A DNA stretch of 64,000 bases from an uncultured Acidobacteriota bacterium. GTDB taxonomy: Bacteria > Acidobacteriota > Thermoanaerobaculia > UBA5066. The stretch spans positions 1,376,001 through 1,440,000 of the forward strand of contig CAVZYA010000001.1 of the NCBI GenBank assembly GCA_963779415.1, in the 5' to 3' direction. The position numbers and the translations under genes were made by a program. The stretch's first letter is position 1; each line of letters starts with the position of its first letter. Positions 60,854 to 64,000 of this stretch are shown one piece after another. The notes beneath the pieces are model-generated. The model made no database searches. It was not told where the DNA came from and worked only from the letters and a program-made list of their open reading frames with translations.

Positions 60854-61025
60854 GCCGAGCACCCGTTCTCCACGGCAGCTGAGCCTCTTTCTCGAACCAA
60901 CACGGCTTCCGAAAGCAATGCAAGCCCGGATGGTCTTCATTCGAGGCATCTTCAGGAGTCCTTATGGGTTCTTAACAAGCTGGCGGCGCCGAGGGGTGTA
61001 CGATTTCCGTCTCGGGAGACCCGGA

Positions 61026-61274
61026 ATGAATAAATGTCCCGTCTGCGGAAATGAAGCGGCGACGTTCGTCAGCCACGGGGGCAAAGCCAGCGGCGTGCGC
61101 CGGCGCTCCTGGTTCGTCCACTGTCCCTCGTGCCCGACGTCATTCAACATCTCGCCCGAGCTGGTCAACGAGCTCGACGGTCGTCCCGCTCAAGCCTCAG
61201 AGATGCGAGCCCGCTGGCTGCAGCGAATGACGGAGGCAGCCAGGCGGGGAGAGAAGATGACCATCCTCTATTGA
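61026..61274 (+). CDS. small zinc-ribbon protein
   Basis: MNKCPVC...HCPSC; GGGAGA RBS. Confidence 0.6.
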   Translation: MNKCPVCGNEAATFVSHGGKASGVRRRSWFVHCPSCPTSFNISPELVNELDGRPAQASEMRARWLQRMTEAARRGEKMTILY

Positions 61275-61316
61275 GGCTCTCAGGACCAGGCCCCATTTCT
61301 ACGGCCCACTCGGGAT

Positions 61317-62200
61317 TCAGCTCGTGATGATGGAATTGCGGATGTAGTCGCTCCACTGGGCGGCCGGGAACTTCGGCTCGGACGGGGCCGTATTGGCCTT
61401 CACGTTCATGTTCCAGGCGAAGTCGGAGAAGAGCCCCATCCTCTGGCGGAGCGCGGTCGGCGTGACGTTAAGGACCATCGCGTCCACGGCCCAGGCCAGA
61501 TCTCCCTTGGGATACGCCGCCCGGACCTCGTCGAGGGCGTGGATGAAGGTGTCCTCGTTGAACTGGCAGTGGGTGATCACCCCCAGCCTGGGCGAGGTCA
61601 GGGAGAGGATCTTGCCGAACAAGGATGCAGGCGTGTGGGAGTTGTCGATAATCGTCTGTGCGACCTGGACGGACTCGTTATAGGTGGAATCTCCCTGGTT
61701 CACGGCTCCGTTCTTCTGCGCCCAGACGTCCGCATCGAGAGCCATCTCGTGGATCAGGACGTCCGCCCCGGCCGCCTGCTGCGTCAGGAAGGTGTTCGGC
61801 CTCGTGTCACCCGAGAAGACGATGTTCATGCCGCCGTAGTTCAACTTGAAGCTGATCGCGCCGTCCCTGTCGTGCGCCGCCGGGAAGTGCGTGATGGTCA
61901 CCGGCGAGTTGACGCCCGGAGGCGGGTACGCCGGACCGCCCACCAGCATGTAGGGAAGCTCGTGAGGCACCAGGTCGTAGCCGTCCTGCGGGGTAGGGTC
62001 GGTGGTTCCCGTGGGGAGGAAGCTGAAGCTCTGGCGGTGCCATTTGGTCATCTTCATCACGAATTTGCAAAACTCCTCGGTCCCCTCCTCGGGGTGCGCG
62101 GTCAACGGGCCGTTGGGATACGGCTTCGGGAGGATCGGCCCGCTGGGTCCGTAGACGTGCAACGCGGTAAAGCGGTCGCCCGAGGGCCCGAAGCGCGCGA
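61317..62200 (-). pseudogene. 5'-truncated MBL-fold (RNase Z/arylsulfatase-like) hydrolase
   Basis: FSGDTRP, DVLIHE, SHT, ITH present; the HxHxDH N-terminal half is missing and there is an in-frame stop upstream. Confidence 0.75.
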
Positions 62201-62270
62201 TTAGTGTTCATTTCTTGTTACCCGATTGTCGCGCTCCCGATATCGTCACGGCACAAGGAGCGGAGAACGG

Positions 62271-62705
62271 ATGTCGACCGAAATCCCCGTGGAAGTGAGG
62301 CGGATCTTCGAGAGCGCGTCGTTCGGCGCGGATCTCGGACTCGAGTTGGAGTCCGTCGGCCCGGGCACGTGCTCGTCGGCGCTCTCCCTGAAGCCCCGGC
62401 ATCTTCAGCAGGACGGGTTCGTCCACGCCGGCGTCCAGGCGACGGTCGCGGACCACACGGCGGGCGGCGCCGCCGCCTCGCTCCTCCGGAAGGGACAGTA
62501 CGTCCTCTCCACCGGGATCGAGATCCACCTGCTTCGCGCGGCGAAGGGGGAGAGGCTGATCTGCCGGGCCCGGGTGCTCAAGTCCGGAAGGCAGATCACG
62601 GTCGCCGAGTCGGAGGTCTTCTGCGTGGCCTCCGGCGAGGAGCGCCTCGTCTCGAAGGCGACCGTCACCCTCGCGGTTCTCAACCGGCGCGAGACGGGTT
62701 CATAG
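62271..62705 (+). CDS. PaaI family thioesterase
   Basis: QQDGFVHAGVQATVADH. Confidence 0.88.
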   Translation: MSTEIPVEVRRIFESASFGADLGLELESVGPGTCSSALSLKPRHLQQDGFVHAGVQATVADHTAGGAAASLLRKGQYVLSTGIEIHLLRAAKGERLICRARVLKSGRQITVAESEVFCVASGEERLVSKATVTLAVLNRRETGS

Positions 62706-62802
62706 GGGTCGGGTCCCCCCCGCGCCGGGCGCACTCCCCTCTTCCGGAACCTCGCCGGTCGATAATCGGTCGCGATGCCCCACGGCTATATGGATAGGAC
62801 CC

Positions 62803-64000
62803 GTGCGCGAATTGGATGAAGTAGAGCCAGTCACGGCGTCGAGGCTGAGCCCGCTTCTCGCGGCTCTGCTTCTGGCCGCGGCCGCCCTCCTCGCCGTGAC
62901 CTCCCTTCTCGGGGACAGCGCGACCATCGACGAGCCCGTTCACCTGACGGCGGGTTATGTCCAGCTGAAGACGGGTGACCTGCGAATGGAGACGGGTCAC
63001 CCGAGTCTCGCGCGCCTCTGGGCGGCTCTCCCCCTCCTCGCCTTTTCGCCGGCGCTCCCCGACCCTTCCTCGAAGGACTTCATCGAATCCGCGGTTCTCG
63101 AGGTCGGCCGCGCCTTTCTCGCGCAGCCGGGAGGTGCCCGGCTCCTGACGGCGGGCCGCTGCATGATCGTCCTTCTTCTCCTCGCCACGGACGCGGCGGT
63201 CTACTTCACGTCGAAAAGGCTTTTCGGAGAAGGCGCCGCCCTGGTCTCGCTCGGCGTCGCGGCGCTCTGCCCGACTCTCCTTTCGCACGGTCACCTCGTG
63301 ACGACAGACCTGCCGGCTGCCTTCGCCTCGGTTCTCGTCCTCGTCGCCTTTGCCGCGATCTACCGCCGGCTTACGTTCCTCCGCCTGGCGGGTGCCGCGG
63401 CGTCCATGGGCCTCTTCAGCGTGACGAAGTTCTCCTGGCCGGTCATCCTCCCTTCGATCGTCCTGATGGGACTCTTCGTCGTCTTGCGTCGTCCTCCCTG
63501 GATGATCGGGCTCCCGCATCGTGCCGAACCGGTCCGGCTGGAGGGGCGGCTCCCGCGGCTCGCCGTCCTGTTCGCCGCCGGCGCCGTCGTCGCCGTGTCG
63601 ATCTGGGGCGCCATCTGGCTCTCCTCCGGCCTCTCGTTCTCCCCTTTTCGCTGGCACGTTTCCCCATCAGTGCACATGTTCGTGCCGCTCGACCCGCACC
63701 GGCCCGCGCCGACGAACCAGGCGGAGGCGTGGGAAGTGGTGCTGCTGGATGACCATGGAGAGCCGGCCCGCGGCCTCATCCCCGGGTTCGTCCGATGGGC
63801 CCGAGCCCGGCGCTTTCTTCCCGAGGCCTATCTCTACGGCCTCGCGCTCTTCAACAAGCTGGCGTCCCCGCGCGTCACCTACTTCCACGGGGAGATCCGG
63901 ATGACCGGTCAGCCCGCCTATTTTCCGGTGGCGTTCGCCATCAAGACACCCGTTCCCACCCTCCTTCTCATTGCGGCCGGTCTGGCGGCGCTTCTGACGG
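62803..64000 (+). CDS. ArnT/PMT (GT39-like) membrane glycosyltransferase, 3' end outside window
   Basis: Not in the ORF track; DSATIDEPVHLTAGY, HPSL, HGHLVTTD, TKFS, YFPVAFAIKTP. Confidence 0.82.
   Translation, partial: MRELDEVEPVTASRLSPLLAALLLAAAALLAVTSLLGDSATIDEPVHLTAGYVQLKTGDLRMETGHPSLARLWAALPLLAFSPALPDPSSKDFIESAVLEVGRAFLAQPGGARLLTAGRCMIVLLLLATDAAVYFTSKRLFGEGAALVSLGVAALCPTLLSHGHLVTTDLPAAFASVLVLVAFAAIYRRLTFLRLAGAAASMGLFSVTKFSWPVILPSIVLMGLFVVLRRPPWMIGLPHRAEPVRLEGRLPRLAVLFAAGAVVAVSIWGAIWLSSGLSFSPFRWHVSPSVHMFVPLDPHRPAPTNQAEAWEVVLLDDHGEPARGLIPGFVRWARARRFLPEAYLYGLALFNKLASPRVTYFHGEIRMTGQPAYFPVAFAIKTPVPTLLLIAAGLAALLT

Overview
High-GC bacterial chromosomal DNA, probably Acidobacteriota (Thermoanaerobaculia-like). 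That assignment is inferred from the kinase-TolB-TPR protein, the sugar dehydrogenase with a 'VP..GA.YTTDL.L.N' C-terminal module and the FG-GAP/SLH-like protein. The window holds about 55 genes. They include a liv-type ABC cluster with mmsA, lysA, gltBD, a sigma-54 two-component system with an exported rubrerythrin, a MoeZ/BNR/MoaD cluster, E1 alpha/beta, peptidases and a RelE-type toxin-antitoxin pair. The most interesting signal is a RAYT-like Y1 (HUH) transposase gene at 14509-15471, bracketed by inverted GGGTCAGGTCTTGCA repeats, with about ten more copies or variants of the motif in intergenic junctions. At five loci the DNA on the CCC side of the motif is tandemly duplicated in units that restart exactly at TGACCC (15-17 bp at four loci, an interrupted form at the fifth). 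The motif also sits beside two extra, diverged copies of the gltD 3' end, one of which differs only synonymously, and beside a shortened antitoxin copy. This suggests a REP/RAYT-linked DNA capture or shuffling process (inference). Single-base frameshifts in lysA, gltB and the DUF3300 gene are probably sequencing errors. I saw no rRNA, tRNA or CRISPR array.
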